Under the pieces are notes generated by a model that saw only the letters and a program-made list of their open reading frames with translations, did no database searches and was not told the DNA's origin. Shown piece after piece: positions 48,949-49,758 of a stretch of 49,758 bases of DNA; positions within the stretch are counted from its first letter, which is position 1; every line of letters begins with the position of its first letter. The stretch covers positions 1-49,758 of the forward strand of contig JALNYX010000003.1 of the NCBI GenBank assembly GCA_023229615.1. The letters run 5' to 3'. The position numbers and the translations under genes were made by a program. The stretch comes from Candidatus Moraniibacteriota bacterium (lineage in GTDB: Bacteria > Patescibacteriota > Minisyncoccia > Moranbacterales > UBA9337).

Positions 48949-49758
48949 CTATCTCAATGGTCGATCGTCATATTGGTTGTCAATCAAAACCTCTCTCAAA
49001 TTATCCAAATCTTCCAAAACAATTCCTGTTCCTCGCACCACTGCTGTCAAAGGATCCTCCATCATTCGCACCGGCATTTCAGTGTGATTGGCAATCGCTT
49101 TGTCCAGCCCGCGAATCAAACTTCCTCCGCCTGCCAAGATTATTCCGCTTTGCATAATATCCGAAATAAGTTCCGGTGGGGTTTCTTCAATGATAGTTTT
49201 GATATTATTGATGATAATTCGAATTGAACGGGAAAGCGCCTCACGAATTTGCTCGTCATTGGCTTTGACTTCCTTGGGCAGTCCGCTCACCAAATCCCGC
49301 CCTCGAATCATCATTGTGAGAGGTTTTGGCTGAGGATGCGCGCTACCAATAGCAATCTTCGCCTCTTCGGCTGTCTTTTCCCCGATTAATAAATTGAATT
49401 CATCCCGGCAATATCTGATTATATCCTCATTCATTTCATCACCGGCAACTCGCAAACTGCGAGAAACCACCACTCCTCCCAAAGAAATTACCGCGATCTC
49501 CGATGTCCCTCCTCCGATGTCAACAATCATATTCCCAGCCGGAGTAGTTACCGGCAGACGCGCTCCGATAGCCGCCGCCATCGGCTCATCAATTACATAC
49601 GCCTCTCGCGCTCCCGCATTGAGAGATGCATCAATCACCGCCCGCTTCTCCACCTCAGTCACGCCAGAAGGAATTCCAATCAAAACACGCGGACGAGGAA
49701 GAAGCGAAAAAGAATCTTTGTGAATTTTATCAATAAAATATCGAAGCATTTGTTGCGT
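48949..49758 (-). CDS. mreB: Rod shape-determining protein MreB (5' part outside the window)
   Basis: EPMAAAIGA, VDIGGGT, TPPELISDI and LAGGGSL motifs. Confidence 0.97.
   Translation of the reverse strand, partial: TQQMLRYFIDKIHKDSFSLLPRPRVLIGIPSGVTEVEKRAVIDASLNAGAREAYVIDEPMAAAIGARLPVTTPAGNMIVDIGGGTSEIAVISLGGVVVSRSLRVAGDEMNEDIIRYCRDEFNLLIGEKTAEEAKIAIGSAHPQPKPLTMMIRGRDLVSGLPKEVKANDEQIREALSRSIRIIINNIKTIIEETPPELISDIMQSGIILAGGGSLIRGLDKAIANHTEMPVRMMEDPLTAVVRGTGIVLEDLDNLREVLIDNQYDDRPLR

Noticed and set aside
1..49758. tRNA/rRNA genes, IS transposases and prophage genes
   Set aside because: None were recognisable by eye or in the ORF track. A covariance-model search was not possible.

Overview
Bacterial window using genetic code 11. 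Gene content, short intergenic spacing and leaderless-type starts suggest Patescibacteria/CPR (Parcubacteria-like); this is an inference. Most of the window is a large surface-glycan locus next to mreB-mreC-mreD-mrdA. It holds many GT2/GT4 glycosyltransferases, five SAM methyltransferases, two Wzx-like flippases, several GT-C-like membrane proteins, an MBOAT/SGNH O-acylation pair, a UDP-sugar epimerase, a secreted lipase-like protein and a repeat-rich surface protein. The most unusual part is 27998-32713, which carries 15 copies of a 36-bp symmetric site (TGTGTCAT-N7-CGGCCG-N7-ATGACACA). Nine copies form a tandem array with mutually related, non-CRISPR spacers. The other six bracket gene modules: a PaaX/Cas2-like wHTH protein, RhuM, a zeta-toxin operon and a truncated RhuM. 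The 15-bp arms of the site appear swapped and inverted across the central 6-bp core, as expected for a site-specific recombination or cassette system, yet no known recombinase is in the window. A second pattern is a GxxExxY gene enclosed by long inverted repeats, plus degenerate AAAGTC/GACTTT heptamer tracts inserted in frame in several glycan genes. Two glycan genes are interrupted, one by an in-frame TAG and one by a +1 frameshift in an A5 run.
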